Notes: generated from the letters alone by a model not told the origin. Counted from the first letter of the stretch, positions 29,670 to 44,600 are shown. The stretch is 64,000 bases of DNA from a virus (IMGVR_UViG_3300037882_002064:1423-65422); one strand, 5' to 3'. Made by a program: numbers and translations.

Positions 29670-32600
29670 ATGGCTGATCGACCGGGGGTTAAGTGGAGCG
29701 ATATAACCAATCTTGACAGTTTCAAAAATGATACGCCGGAAGGGCAAGAAAAGACCCGCACTGGCTTTTTTGAGCAGCGAGTCGCCCCAAATTTAGCGCC
29801 AGATCGTGTCGAAATCGAGCGCAAGAACTGGGATAGTGCCACCCTGCCGCGACCGGCAGCCCCGGCCCCCGGTGTGGCAGCGCAGAGCCAGAATACCAAC
29901 CTGGCGGATCCGAAGGCGCTGGCCCGGCCCACCACTGTCAATCAAGCCACCCCACAGGGGCAGCAAGCCCCGGCGATCCAGCGACCCAAGGGTGAGGCCG
30001 GGTTTGTCAGTGGCGTGGCAGATTTTGGTCGTGCCGTGGTCAAAGGTGCAGTTGAGGATGTACCGAAGGCCATTGCAGGCGGCATCGAGGCATTCAATCG
30101 GCCGCAATTCGACGAGCAGGGCAGGAAGCTGGCCCCTAATGCGCTGGGCCGGGCCACCGATGCAATAAAAACCAAGGCCGAAGAACTCGGTGCAGGCTGG
30201 CAGCAGTCTGAGTACGGCAAATTCGAGCAGGAGAAGGACGCCTTCGATCTGCGCGGTGCAGCCTATGGCGGCGGCGAAAGCATGGCCATGAGCTTTGGCC
30301 CGGCCCTTGTCGGCGGCATACTCGGTGGACTACTGACCAAATCGGCTGCGGGTGCCGCCAAGGGTGCTGCAATAGCCCAAGCTGCCACGTTGCCCGTATT
30401 CTTTGGATCTGCCTACCAAGACACCTATTCTCGCGTGTACAAGGATCTCGGGGAGCAATACCCCGACCTGACCGAGGAACAGGTTCACGACCAGGCTGTA
30501 AAGGCGGCGCTCGGGACTGGCTCCGTGGAAGCGGGTGGCGAGGCCATTGCTGACGTAGCCACCAATGCCCTGTTCAAGAACGCTCCGGGCTTCGTGAAGA
30601 AGAACGTGGCCAAGGCATTGACCCGAGGTTTCCAAGGCGCGGTGCCCCTGCTGAAAGGCATAGGGCGGGTGCTGGGCACGGAAGTCGGGACAGAACTCTT
30701 GCAGGGTGCAGCACAGGCCGAGATCGAGCAGTCGGTAGGCGTGGGCGAGGGTGCCACATGGGAAAACCAGAAAGGCGTCATTGTCCCGACCATGATTATG
30801 GCGATGGTCGGCGGCGGTGCGGCGGCGGGTGTTAGCGCCAACCAGCGATACCGCACGGCCAAGCTACTGCAAAACCCCAAGATGCCCCCTGAAGAACGGC
30901 AGGCCGCAGTCAATGGCCTGGCCGGGATGCTCAATGAGTACGATCCCGAAGTGGCAAGAATGTTCCATGAGCATTCCTCGAAGCTGATTGCCCAAGGGAA
31001 GCCGGTCATTGTGCAGGACGACCGCTTCTACAGCGACCTGAAGCCGCTGGATCAGCGCGAGATCGACAAGGACATGGCGGCCGGTAACTTTACCGAAAAG
31101 CCCGCTGAACCAGAAACAGGTGCAAATACCCCCCCTAATGCACCAATATCGCCTTCCGCCACCGGCGCAGCCCAGCCCGGCGAGCCAATTACCACACCCC
31201 CTCCCACAGGGACAGTGGCGCAAAGTGAAATAAAAAATCCAGTTTCTGCCACCCCCGCCACTGGCGCAGCCCCCGAGGGCATGAGCCGCCCGCGCCGCCA
31301 AATACTGATGGCCGAGATCGATGCCGGCCTGAAAGTGGCTCGGGCAGAGCTGAAGGCCGCCCAGGCAGCGGGAGACTTTGAGGCAGCCACCGCGGCAGAG
31401 GAAGAAATACGGGCCATTGCGGTCAATATCAAGCGTGTCACCAAGGGTGAGAATCCCCTGCCAACCCCCCGCCAGCAGGCGCAGGGCCAGACTACCCCGA
31501 CAAATTGGGCCAGCGGTGCCGCACAGGAAGGCCAGCCCAAGACGGTATTGCAGAACCGGGATCGGTCGACACCGGCCATGATCGAGCAAATGACCAGTAT
31601 TGCCGCCAATCCCGATCCAAAGCGGTTGGGTTTCTCCCGAGACTTTGGCAATGGCGCACCTGTCATTGAGCCTGGCGCACTGATCCCTGACGAGAACATG
31701 GGCAAGACGGACACGGCCACTACCGCCGAGGGCCGCCAGATCCCCGTACAGTACGCCGTGGTTGAGGCAGAGCAGTTGCTTCCCAGTAACCGGGCCGATG
31801 GCACACCCATTGCCGAGTACGCGGGAGAGGGCGTTGAGGGGCTTTCCAGAGCGATTGCCGGCAATGGCCGGATAGCGGGCCTGCAACGTGCCCACGAATC
31901 AGGCACCGCTGCCGGATACATCGAGGGCATAGCCAATGATGAAGGCCTGCATGGCGTCCCAGCGGCCACGATCCGGGCCATGAAACAGCCAGTATTGGTG
32001 CGGATCATGCCGCAGGAAGAAGTAACCGATAACATTGGCGACGACTCCAACATAGCCACCAGCGCAGCACTACCACCCGGCGACCAGGCTCGAACGGACA
32101 TTCGCCGCATCGATGCCACTGGCGTAGAGCTGAATGCCAAGGGTGAGCCGACGCCCAATGCCTTGATGCAGTTTGTGAATGCAATGCCTGGCAGTGAGCG
32201 ATCAGGCCTTATGACAGGCGACCGGCCAAGTACAGTCGCAGAAACGCGATTAAAAAATGCGATCTTTGCCCAAGCCTACGAAAGCGACGAGCTTATCAAA
32301 ATGTCCTCCGAGGCTCCGTCCCCAGATTCGGCCAACGTGATTGGCGGTATGCGGATCGCAGCGGGCAAGATGGCCCGGCTGGCAGGCGTGGATCCTGGCT
32401 ATGATATTCGACCGATTGTGATCGAGGCCGCAGAAGCCGCAGTCAATGCCGCGCGGTCAGATCTGACGCTGGAAGAATTCTTAAAGCAGCCCGACATGGG
32501 CCGCACCCCCTACGCCCAAGCCATTCTGGAAATGATGGCTACCAATATCCGATCAGCCAAGAAGATAGGCGATGCCCTGTCTAACCTGGCCGATGTGATG

Positions 32601-35600
32601 TACGACGAAGCCACCAAAGAGACTGACAGCTTGTTTGGTCAGGTGGATAAAACACCCGCCAACGAACTCTTGGAGAAGCTGTATGGCAAACAACCCACTG
32701 GAAAGAATGAAGGCGATGCTGTCCAAACCGGGCGGCCAGACAATGTTGAAGGAGGCGATGGAGGGGGAATTGTCGCCCCAGTCACAGAAGGTGCTGGAAA
32801 GCCTACGGACGCCGGGAAGCCTAAACCCAACTCCGCTCCAAAACCAAAGCCCAAGGGAGATACCCAAGAAGGGACTGCCGCGCCAAAGCCCGACCGCGCC
32901 CAAGAGCTAAGGGACAAGATCAAGGCCAAGCTGGAAGAAGAAAGGAAGAAGAACGAGCCGGCCACGCCAGAACCCACCCCCGAGCCTGCCGCCGCACCTC
33001 GAAGCCCTGACTACGGCAGCACCAATACGCTGGTATCCGCAGAGCGGGCCGAGGAACTACGCAAGAAGCTCCGGGCCAAGCTGAACGGCAGCCAGTTGAA
33101 TGCTGGCATTGATCCTGAAATGCTGGCAATCGGTACAGAGCTGGCAGTGTTTCACATCGAGGCCGGTACGCGGAAATTCACTGCCTTTGCGAAGGCAATG
33201 GCCAATGACTTGGGCGCAACCCTTGCACAATTGAAGCCGTACTTGCGGAGCTGGTACAACGGCGCTCGGGATATGATGGAGGATAGTGGCCTCAATGTAG
33301 AGGGCATGGACTCGCCTGAACAGGTGAGCAAGCAGATCAGCGTTATGGGCAGCCCCAATGCTGCGGAATTCGAGCTTCCGATAGAAACCGAGGCAGAGCT
33401 ATCAGCCAGGTTGAAAGCCGAGAAGGACAGGGCCGATCAGGACGCCAAGGCCCAGGCCAAGCAGGACAAGGAAGCGGCAGACGCCAAGCAGGCCGAGGAC
33501 GACAAGAAGCGCGCCGACGAGACTTCCAAAGACTTCCAGCTTGGGCAGGATGCCGAGCAGCAAATGAGTGGGCAGGCCAACATTTTTGATATTCCTCCGG
33601 GACAGAACCCCGATCTAGTTAAAAAGATGAATGCCCAGCGAGAGAAGTTGGCCAAACTTCGTGATTTGTTCGCAAGTCGGGATCAGGATTTAGCAAAAAT
33701 CCAGTTGGCGAAAATAGATGCTGTGCTGGCAGGACTTGATCGAGCAATTGAAACCGGCAAAGACCTGAACGATTTGCCTACCGACGAAGCCTTTGAGTCA
33801 TTGATAAATCAAATGACAAAGAAAGCTCTCAAAATGCGAAGTCAGACAGATGCCGACAAGATGGCTGCTGAGATCGCAGACAAGGTTAAGGCCAAAGACG
33901 AGCGCCTGAAAACCGAAGGCGATATGGCCAAGCCATTTACTGACGTTTTCAGCATACCTGGCGTTGATAAAATGTCGGCTGGGAAACCGGCTAAGTGGTG
34001 GATCGAGATAGCCAACTCAGGCATTGACTGGGCACCAGCAGTTGCCTACGCAGAGAAGGCGCGTAAGGCCCTGAATGAGCGTGGCGTCTATGACAGCTCG
34101 CAGGCCAGCAGGGTAATGGCTGTTCCAGAGGCAGAGCTTATGCCAATGGGCCGGGTATCTGGCACCATCGAGCGGCTGGCGCGGGATCTGGCCAGTTTCA
34201 TTCGAGAGGATGGCCGCCAAGACGCTGATTCCCGATTGGAGCTTATCAAGTCCAATAGCGCCATATTGGGCGTTGATCCGTCACCTGTGATTGACCCGAC
34301 CGAAGCCAAGGAGCCAGTCAAATCCAATGCCCCCGAGCATCGCGCTGTAGGCGTTGACGACCGCGAGCTGGGCCAGATCGTTAAAGAATTCAATTCCGCG
34401 CAGGCGCAAGGGCAAGAGATACATCACCTATTCGACGCGCCGGCCAAGAAGGAAATCGTGCGCCTGGCCGACAAGGTGAAGGTCTACCATGCCGAACATG
34501 GGTGGATGAAGCCTGCCGATGCCAAGAAGAAAATCGAGGAATGGAAGGCAAATGCCAAGGCGCAAGGTAAGCGTGGTGGCGGTCGTGTCGAGAATTCCCA
34601 AAAAGTTGTGCTGTCATTCTTTGATCTGACCGGCAAATGGTCGCAGCCGTGGGAGGAAGCCGGGTATCAAGTTTGGCGCTTCGACATTCAGAACGATGAA
34701 GAAATGGGCGATGTGAACAACTTTTCTGCCGAATTCTTTGGCGACTGGTTTGGCGACTTTGATGGCAATGACGTTTACGCGATCCTCGCGGCCTGCCCCT
34801 GCACGGACTTTGCCTCGTCTGGCGCGCGACACTTTGCGGCCAAGGATGAGGATGGGCGCACGGTTGCGTCTGTCAAACTGGTACACCAAACACTTGCCGC
34901 CATCGAGTATTTCAAGCCATCCGTGTGGGCTATCGAAAACCCGGTAGGTCGCATTGAGTCACTGGGCGGTCTGCCACCCTGGCGCTTGGCATTCGACCCC
35001 AACCACTTGGGCGAAACTTACACCAAGAAAACCCTGATATGGGGCCGGTTCAATGCTGATCTACCTATTGCACCAGTGGATCCAGTGGAAGCATCGAAGA
35101 TGCACAGCCAGTATGGCGGCAGCTCTATCGCCACCAAGAACGCTCGCAGCGCCACACCCGAAGGATTCTCTTACGGCTTCTTTGCGGCCAACAACGCTAT
35201 CGACAACCCTGTTATGGCGCTGGCCAACAAGTTTGACCGGCTGGATCGTGATCTGATTGGAAGGGCCTTGTCGGTGGGCGTCACCGAAGAAGAAATCACC
35301 AGTGCAGTAGAAGATTTCTACTACATGGATCTGGACGACGATGCGGCCAACGCAGCGATCCAAGAGTTGATCGATGATACCGGGCCTGCTGCTGCCATTG
35401 ACGCGGCTGCCCACGAAGCGGCTACCAGTCCGAACAACGATCTGCCACAGCCAACCGATGCACAGAAAGAGGCCGGGAACTACAAGAAGGGCCATATCAG
35501 TGTTCAGGGTATCGACATAACGGTAGAAAATCCGAAGGGATCGGAGCGCACCGGGACTGATGAGGACGGCACCGCTTGGTCACACACCATGCAAAGCCAC

Positions 35601-38600
35601 TATGGCTACATCAAGCGCACCGAAGGCGCTGATGGCGACCATATCGACGTATTCGTGGGGCAGAACCCCGAAAGCGATCAGGTGTATGTCGTTGACCAAG
35701 TAAACGGCAAAGGTGCGTTTGACGAACACAAGGTCATGCTCGGGTTTGATACTGAGAAAGAAGCAATCGCCGCCTATAAGGAAAATTACGATCCGAAGTG
35801 GACAGTCGGCCCTGTCTCTACTATGTCGATGGACGTATTCAAAGGCTGGCTCGAAGATGCTGACCTGACAAAACCCATATCACCGAGCGGTATCCGGGTA
35901 CTCAAGGCAGACAAGGCGTTTCAGGAGAACCAGAAAAAGAACGAACTTGCCATTTACGAACAGCCGGGCATGACACTGCGGCACGAAGGCAAGAGCTATC
36001 CGGTTGACAGCCTGGCTGATGCGGCGACCAAGTACCGCGCAGTCATTGATCGACTGGCCGGGGAAGGAGCCGGTGGCGCAAGTCAGATGGGCGCAAGCCC
36101 GACAATCCATGATGCCAGCGGCAAGCAGATCGCCAGGATCAGCTATAACGGTCGCATTTGGGACATGAACGACAAGGAGCTACCTGGCCCGTATGCGCGG
36201 GATGTGAAGGTAGAGCAAATTACTGCCGATGATGTTTCTGACGAGCAGGCGCTGGCCGATGCGCTCAAGGATAACGACGATCAATCCATCGAGGAAATGC
36301 ACGAATGGATCTCCGCAGCCTACGGTGAGGACAAGATACCGGCGCTGCTGGCCCACCATATCAACCTGGCCATAGCGGCCGGCGTACCAGAATTCAAGAT
36401 CGCGCTAGAAATCAACCGATTGCCACCCGGCAAGAAAGACGACTTTGCCGTAATGACGGCAATCATGCGCCTGAAGAACGAATACAAAAAAGAGGAAGAA
36501 ACGAATGAGCCGACCAGTGAACCCGGCAGCGATACTGAGACTGGCCAAACAGGTCAGAAAACAGGAGGCCGCACAAAGCCAACGCGAAAATCAGCCTCCT
36601 ACACCTTCACCCGAGAAGATCAAAGGATCGTCAGACGGCGGCCCAACAAAAAGCCGTGGGTTAATAAGAATTCAGCCAAGCAAGCACTGAGGGAGCTTGG
36701 GCTTGAAAAGACGCACCGCGTCAACGGGTACTCCAATTCCGGCCCCTTCGGTCGAGAGTGGTGGATTGAGCCAAAATACAGCGCCTTCAAATTCCCGTAC
36801 ACCCAGGATCAGTACCGGAATGCGAAGGACGCAAAAACGGAGGACTATCCCTACGTTATAGAACCGCGATGGGACTCCATGAGCGCAACGGCTCGCGGGA
36901 ATCTTGAGAACGAACTGCGCCGCGGTTTACGCCAGTGGGATGCTCGATTCACAAAAGCGGAAGGCGTATTGCGCTTTGGTAGCGAAGATCAGCGTCAGTT
37001 TTTCATTGATAACGCAATGAACCAGGCCAACCCTTTTTCGATGCTCTATACCAAGAGCATTCTGCAAGAAGGCCAGAAGAAAGCCGAAGTAACTGAGCCA
37101 GCGACTGACGATAAGAAAACGCGCGCGCAAGAACTTCGCGCCAAGATCAAGCAAGGCCTGAAGGAAGCTGGTGGCGGCAAAGAGGCGCTGACAGACTTCG
37201 GTGAGAAGCTGGGCGGCTCTCGGGCCGACAAGGCGGCGGCGCGCAAGGCTAAGCTGATGGCGCTGGCCAGCATGGACGAAAATGAGATCCAGACAAAATC
37301 ACTCAGCGATCTATGGCCGAAAGATGCCTACATGCAGATCGAGGACGATTTCATATCGGCATTCAACTATGTGGCCAGGAAGTCTGTGCCCAAGAAGCCG
37401 CGCAAAAGCTGGAAGCTCAGGCAGTGGGCGAAGGATATTCAATCTGCCGCAGCATTGTCTGACCTATTGGCTGAAGCTGCTGAAAGCGGAGGTTACGAGC
37501 AATTCCGCGAGAGGATGCTGGCCAACGACGAAACGGCGGCCATGCTCCACGAAGTAGACTTGCTGACTAACCTTCCTCGGAAAGACTGGGAGCGCATTGG
37601 TGTGGCCTATTTCAGGTACGATGCCTACACCTACAAGCGCGATGAAAATGGGGATGTGGAGAAGATCCCGAAGCCGTATGCCGGGATGTACATCGATGGC
37701 AAATACCATGAATTCAAAGAAACTAAGGATGTAGTTGCTGACCACCTCCCTAGAATTCAGGAGCTGCTTGGGGTCGAAGTCACTCCGAAATCCAAGAAGA
37801 AAGAGCTGACCCGGTACGACTTCGAGGTGCGTGGTCGCGCAGGAAAATGGAATATCTATCGCAAGGGAGACAGTGAGTATCGGAAGCTGCTGCCAGAAGA
37901 TTGGACTGACAGCAAAGAACTGCAAGCCTGGAAGGTCGATAACATCCCAGCACTGGTTGAAGCATGGGAGAAAATCAAAGAACGGGACAATGTTGGCAAG
38001 GGCGATATGCGCCGGGACTCCAACAAACCGCGTACCGGGAAGGATCACCGCGGCGGCAAGGACATTGACGCCAAGGACTTCCATGAAACCTTCGGCTTCC
38101 GTGGCGGCGAGTTTGGGAAGTGGGTCAAGCAGGGCACCGGGGCGAAGGATCGGCAGGGCCTGCTGAACCAGTCCTTTGATGCGCTGATGGATCTGGCCGA
38201 CATTCTCGGTGTGCCACCTATGGCGCTATCCCTGAACGGATCGCTGGGCATTGGTTTGGGATCGCGTGGAAGCGGCAAGGCCTCTGCCCACTTCGAGCCA
38301 GACTTCATTGTAATCAACCTGACCAAGACCAAGGGTGCAGGATCCCTGGCGCACGAATGGTTCCATGCGGCTGACAACTACTTTGCTCGGGCGCGTGGCG
38401 AGCAAGGCCAGTACATCACCAAGAACCCAATGTCCCGCGAAGTCGGCAAAGCGGGCGTCCGAGAAGAAGTGGAGCGCGCCTTCCAGAATCTTCGCAATGT
38501 GCTGAACCAATCGCCCATGTATGCGCGGGCCAAGAAGATCGACAAGAATAAGCCTGATGGCTACTGGTCGCGGATCATCGAGCGAGCAGCCCGATCCTTT

Positions 38601-41600
38601 GAAGTCTACATCATCGAGAAGATGGCACAGGGCGGCTACGATAATGACTTCCTGGCCAACGTCAGATCCATAGCGGAATGGACGAAAGCACCGGATCGCT
38701 ATCCCTACCCCAAGCGGATCGAAGTGCGGCCCCCACAGGCCAGCGAACTGCCGGATGAAATGGCCCCGATTACCGAGGCCTTTGACACTCTGTTTGAAAC
38801 CATCGAGGTTAAAGACACGGTTCTTGGCAAGGATGAATTTGGCAAAGATCGACTGGGCAAGGCTATGTTCCGGGCCGAGGACGACTTTGGCAGCATCAAG
38901 GATGTACCCGGCCTGTTCATGGTTCAGGGTGATGGCGCGAAGATCGACCCGGAAATGTTGGCGATGGGCGCTGAACTGGCCATGATCCACATGGAGGGCG
39001 GCGGCAAGCCATTCCCCGAGTTTGTGCAGCTCATGGCTGAGGATCTTGGTGTCACGGTAGACCAGATCAAGCCCTACCTACGCGGTTGGTACAATGGTGC
39101 CCGAGACATGATGGAGGACAGCGGCCTCGAAGTGGCCGGCATGGACGACTCCAACGCTGTGCGCGAGGCCATGAAAAATCTTGGCCAGCCCCAGGCCGAG
39201 AAGCCAGCGCCTGCGGAAACTGCGGAAACTGCGGAAAAGCCCGCGGCTAAAGACGTTCGAGACTATCTGTTTGATAACCTGGCCGAGATCACCGACAACC
39301 GCAAGCTGAAGTCGCTCATGGCCACCTTCCACGGCACTCCCGCGGCTGACGTTACCGAACAGCAAATGAAGGAGGCCCAAGAGGCCGTCGAGGTCGCCCT
39401 TGTAAAACAGGCCAGAGACACTATTGCCAAAGGCCGCAAGCACGGACTGAGCGAGAAGGCTATCTACGACAGGCTGGTTGACCAGTATAACGCGCAGCCG
39501 AACTTGAACATGCGATCCAGCACCAGCATGGAGAATCAGGCCTACAGCACACCCTCGCCCCTGGCCTTCATTGCCAGCCGGTACGCCGGGATCAATGCCC
39601 AGTCCAAGGTACTCGAACCCACTGCCGGGAACGGTATGCTGCTGATCGAGGCCACGCCGGGCAATGTCATTGCCAATGAACTGAACAATGACAGGGCCGA
39701 TAACCTGAAATTCCAGGGCTACAAAGTCACTCAGCATGATGCCTCTAAGGTACAGCTCCCCGCCCAGTCTGTTGATGCGTTTGTCACCAATCCACCATTT
39801 GGCCGGTTGCGCGATGAAAATGGCAATAACTATGACGAAAAGGTAGACGGCTACACCATTAAGTCTATCGATCAACTGATCGTGGCCAAGCAATTGGATG
39901 CCATGAAAGACAGTGGCGGCAAGGCTGCCATCATTATCGGTGCCGACAAGGTAGCGGGTGAGATCAGCCCGAGCGACCGGGTATTCTTCAATTGGCTGTA
40001 TGGCCACTACAACGTGGTCGACCACTTCGAGGTGGCCGGCGAGCTGTATCAGCGCCAAGGTGCAGGATGGCCGGTGCGTGTTATAATCGTTGAAGGTAGG
40101 CAGAAATCTAGCACCAAGTCGCCAATATCAGGTAGCATTGAGCGGCTGGACAACTGGAATCAGATCTATGACCGATACGCAGAAAGTTTGGGTGCCACGA
40201 ACCCCCGACCTGACACAGGATCAGGGATCGGTACTGAGCCTGTCACGCGCCCCAACACAGGAACCGGACAGCCTCAAGTTACGGGTGGAGAGCAAACTGG
40301 TACGCCTAATGGATCAGGAGGACGACCCGGAGGCGGTTCTGGAAATACTGGCGGCAGTGCCCGACCTGTATCTGGCGGCAATGGATCAGGAAACAAGCCG
40401 GGAACGGGCAATGGCGATGATGGAAGATACCAGCCTGTCACAACTGGTGAGCCAGGTGGAGTGGGACTTGAGGGGATCGAGCAACCTGAAGCCCTACCCT
40501 TGGGAACTGGAAGTGATACGGGATCACAGCAGCCAGTCATTGAGCAGCCTGATGGCCAGCCTGGCGCGCAGCCTACAGTAAAAGCCCCGCGTGTAGCCGG
40601 GCCACAAGAGGATGGCTCGTCCTTCCAAACCCCCTATCCCGGTCGCAGCAAAAGCCCCAATGAATCTGCGCTTGTGCCGAACAACATGGCCAAGGCTATC
40701 GGTACGGCCCTCGAAACCATCGAAGAAGCCGTGGGCAAGTCGCTCGATGAGTACGTCATGGAAAAGCTCCAATATGACACCATCGAGGAAATGTCCGAAG
40801 TCCTGATGGGATTGCAGATCGATGCTATCGCCGCGACGATTTACAACTTCGAGAACAAAGGCAAAGGCATCATCATTGCCGACCAGACTGGCGTAGGGAA
40901 AGGCCGCCAGGCTGCGGCGATCATCCGTTACGCCAAGATCATTGGCAAGACACCCATCTTCGCTACTGTTGCCGACAACCTGTATTCCGATATGTGGGAC
41001 GACCTGCATGAGATTGGCGAAACCAATATCCGGCCGCTGGTTATCAACAACAATGTGCCGATCAAGAGCGAGAGCTTCAAGGGCCAGAAGGCGTTGAAGC
41101 CGGCCGAGCGCAGGAAGGCGCTGGATACGATCCTCAAGACAGGATCTCTGCCCGCCAACCATGACATGCTGTTTATGACCTATCACCAGATCAAGACAGA
41201 CAATGAGCAGCGCAAGGTCATTGATGCCCTGAAGCACAATGCCATTTTTGTCCTTGATGAATCCCACAACGTATCCGGGCCGCGCTCGGTCGATAAGAAG
41301 GTGAATGGCAAAAAGGTTACTCGCGTAACTGGCGCAGGCTTCATGTTCGAGCAGATCGCTGACGCCCCGGTGCTGTACTTGTCTGCCACTTATGCCAAGC
41401 GGGCCGACAATATGGCCATCTACTACCGCACCGACCTGATGGATGCGGTGGACAGCCCCGAAGATCTGATCGCTGCCGTTGCCGCTGGCGGCGTACCTGT
41501 TCAGCAAATCATGTCCAACATGCTCACGGAGAGCGGCCAGCTATTCCGGCGCGAGAAGTCCTTCGAGGGGATCTCGATACCGACTGTCATTGACACGGCC

Positions 41601-44600
41601 AACCGAGAGAAGCATGTAAAAACCTCTGATGCTGTGAATGTCGGCCTGCAATCCATCTTGGAAGCAGACCGCATGTTCAATGACGTATTCTTCCCGATAT
41701 ACCTGAAAGAGCAGGAGAAGAAGGGTGGCAGCGCCTTCATGGGCGGGAACAAGCTCAATCAAAACATCACCCATACCGGGTTTAATTCCGTGGTGCATAA
41801 CAAGGTGCGCCAGATGCTGCTGGCCCTGAAAACGGCCACAGCGGTAGACCGGGCCATCCAGGCTCACAAGGATGGTAAGAAACCTGTTATTGCGCTGGAA
41901 TCCACTTTCGGATCGTTCCTTAGTTCGTATGTCAAACAGCACGACCTCAAAGCTGGCGATCCAGTAGACATTGATTACCGGGACATTCTCCGCGAAGCCC
42001 TTACGGGCAGCCGCAGGATCACAGTCGAGGATGAGTTTGGCGAAAAACAGTATATCCAGATCCAAATGCACGAACTCGATCCGGCCACTCGCTTGATGTA
42101 CCAGAATGCCGAGAAGGCGATTACTGCGCTCGATATAGCAGATCTGCCCATATCGCCCATTGATTACATGATAAATGGCATGGAGAAGGCGGGCATCAAG
42201 GTCAAAGAAATCACCGGCCGCGAGCTGCGATTGGACTACTCTGGCGGCGGTGTGCCGACACTGGTGAAGGTTCCGTCGAACGAATCGTCCAAGAAGCGGG
42301 CCAAGGTAGACGACTTTAACCGTGGCGACCTCGATGCGCTGATCCTGAACGTATCGGGATCGACTGGCTTGAGCATTCATGCCAGCAAAAAGGATACGGT
42401 AAAAGACAAGAAGCCGCGCAAAATGATCGTCGCCCAGGCGATGCAGGACATAAACATCCTGATTCAAATGCTGGGCCGGATCAACCGCACTGGCCAAGTC
42501 GTGCTTCCTGAATACGAAATGCTGACCGCAGACTTGCCGGCAGAGAAGCGCCCGGCTGCCGTGGTCGCCCGCAAGATGGCGTCCCTGAATGCCAACACCA
42601 GCTCGAACGACGAGTCGGATACCACGATCAAAGCCCCGGACATGATGAACAAGTACGGCGACCAGATCGTGAATAGCTACCTGCAAGAAAACCTCGATCT
42701 GGCGTGGCTGTTGCACATCACCCCCAGCACCGGGGATGGCGCAGCGGCAATTGACCTGGCGTTGAAGGCTACTGGCCGATTGGCCGTGCTTCCTGTTGCA
42801 GTGCAGGAAGCGGTATACGAGGAATTGGAGCGCGCCTACGCTGATGAAATCGAGTACCTGAACGCAACCGGGCAAAACGATCTGATTGCCCAAACCGTTG
42901 ACCTCGATGCCAGGATCAAAGACAGCCGCATCATTTATCAAGGCAAAGCGCCCGATACGATCTTCGGCGGGAACACTACCCTGCACAAGATTGACGCCAA
43001 GTATCAGGGCAAGCCGCCTACGGCTCGGGATGTGGAACATGCACTTGATAAGTCTCGCGGCGAAACCAGCACAGGGATTCTCGACAAAAAGAATGCTGAC
43101 AAGTCCTATGAGAAACAACTTGAGCAGCGGTTCTTGGATGCCCAGGCCGACCTTGTAAAACACAATGAAATGTCCGACCAAGTGAAAACGGACGAGCTGG
43201 ACGCCTACGCGATCAAAGGTGCCAAGCTGGCCGAGCGGCTTGATGCGGCCAGGGGGGCCGCCAATGCTTATGTGGAAAGCAAGAGACTGGCCACCAATGA
43301 AATAGAAAAGTTTACTGTTGGCAAGCAATTCCGGCTTGATCTGAGTGATGAAATTGTCATTGGCGTGGTTGTTTCCGTTAAAGACTCACATGCAGATGGC
43401 AAGGGTAATCCGTGGTCGCTGTCCAAGACTCGCATCACCTTCATGGTAAACAGCGGGATCAGGCAGGTAGAGCTTCCACTTTCCAAGCTGCAAAGTGAAG
43501 GCAAGATCCTGATCGAGAAATTGCGTGGCTTTGGCAAGGACGGCCTCGACCAGATATTCACGCCACACGACACGGCTCGCCGCGAGCAGCGCCACGTTGC
43601 TACCGGAAACCTGATCTCTGGCATGGCCAATTTGGACGGCGGCCGGATAGTCAACTTTACTGACAACAAAGGCGAAACATACCAAGGCATTTTGATGCCG
43701 CGGAAGTTTGGCCGAAACGGCGAATATGAAACGGCTGGCGGCCAGAACACTATCCCGGTTCGTGATCCTGCTGTAGTTAAGAAGCTGTTGCGTGATGGCG
43801 GCAGTGCGCTGTCAGGCGCTGGCGGTGTGTTCAGTGGCAACCAGGCAGTGCGCTTGATCCACAACCAAGGCCAGTGGGTAGTTCAGGTGCCAAAATCCAA
43901 CAAGGACGCCATAGCCAAATCAGTGAAGTTTGACGAAGCGATCCGCAAGATCGTGGGCGACTTCTACGGATCTGGCAACGTAATGACCGCGAAGAACAAC
44001 ATCACTGTTGCTGATGCCCGGCTCGATGCCTTGGTGGATCGGCTTATGGAGCTGACTCCGCTGTATGTGATGAAGTCAATGGAGGCGCAGGCGATTAAGG
44101 CCGGAAACCCGCCCCCCTCAACGGCGACCAACACTTTCGATAAAGACAAGAAGGGGCCGGCAGCCCCCCCGAGCGGCGCTTTCCGCGCAGATGAGGCACC
44201 TCGATCCGGGGCCAGGGTTACGCGGGACGGCCTTGAGCGCCTTGTTAAAAGCATGGGCGCGCAGTGGCAGATCCCTATGACTGTGATGGACAGCGTGAAG
44301 CAATTGCCGTCGCATGTCAGAGGGCTGTTGCGTGACCAGGGGATCACTGGGGAAGTCACCGGCTACTATGACCGTGACAACCAGCATGTTTACCTGATAG
44401 CCAATGGGATCAGCAGCTACCAGTCAGGTGCCGTTACCTTGCTGCATGAGGCCATTGGCCACTTGGGCATCGAGCGCGTGATGGGGGAGGATTTAGACCA
44501 GTTCCTGAAGTCCGTGCATGACGCGCGCAACAGCGATCCGGCTATTGCGGCCGCGTGGGCCTATGCCGAAAGGAACTATCCCAAAGCATCGAAGGCGGTG

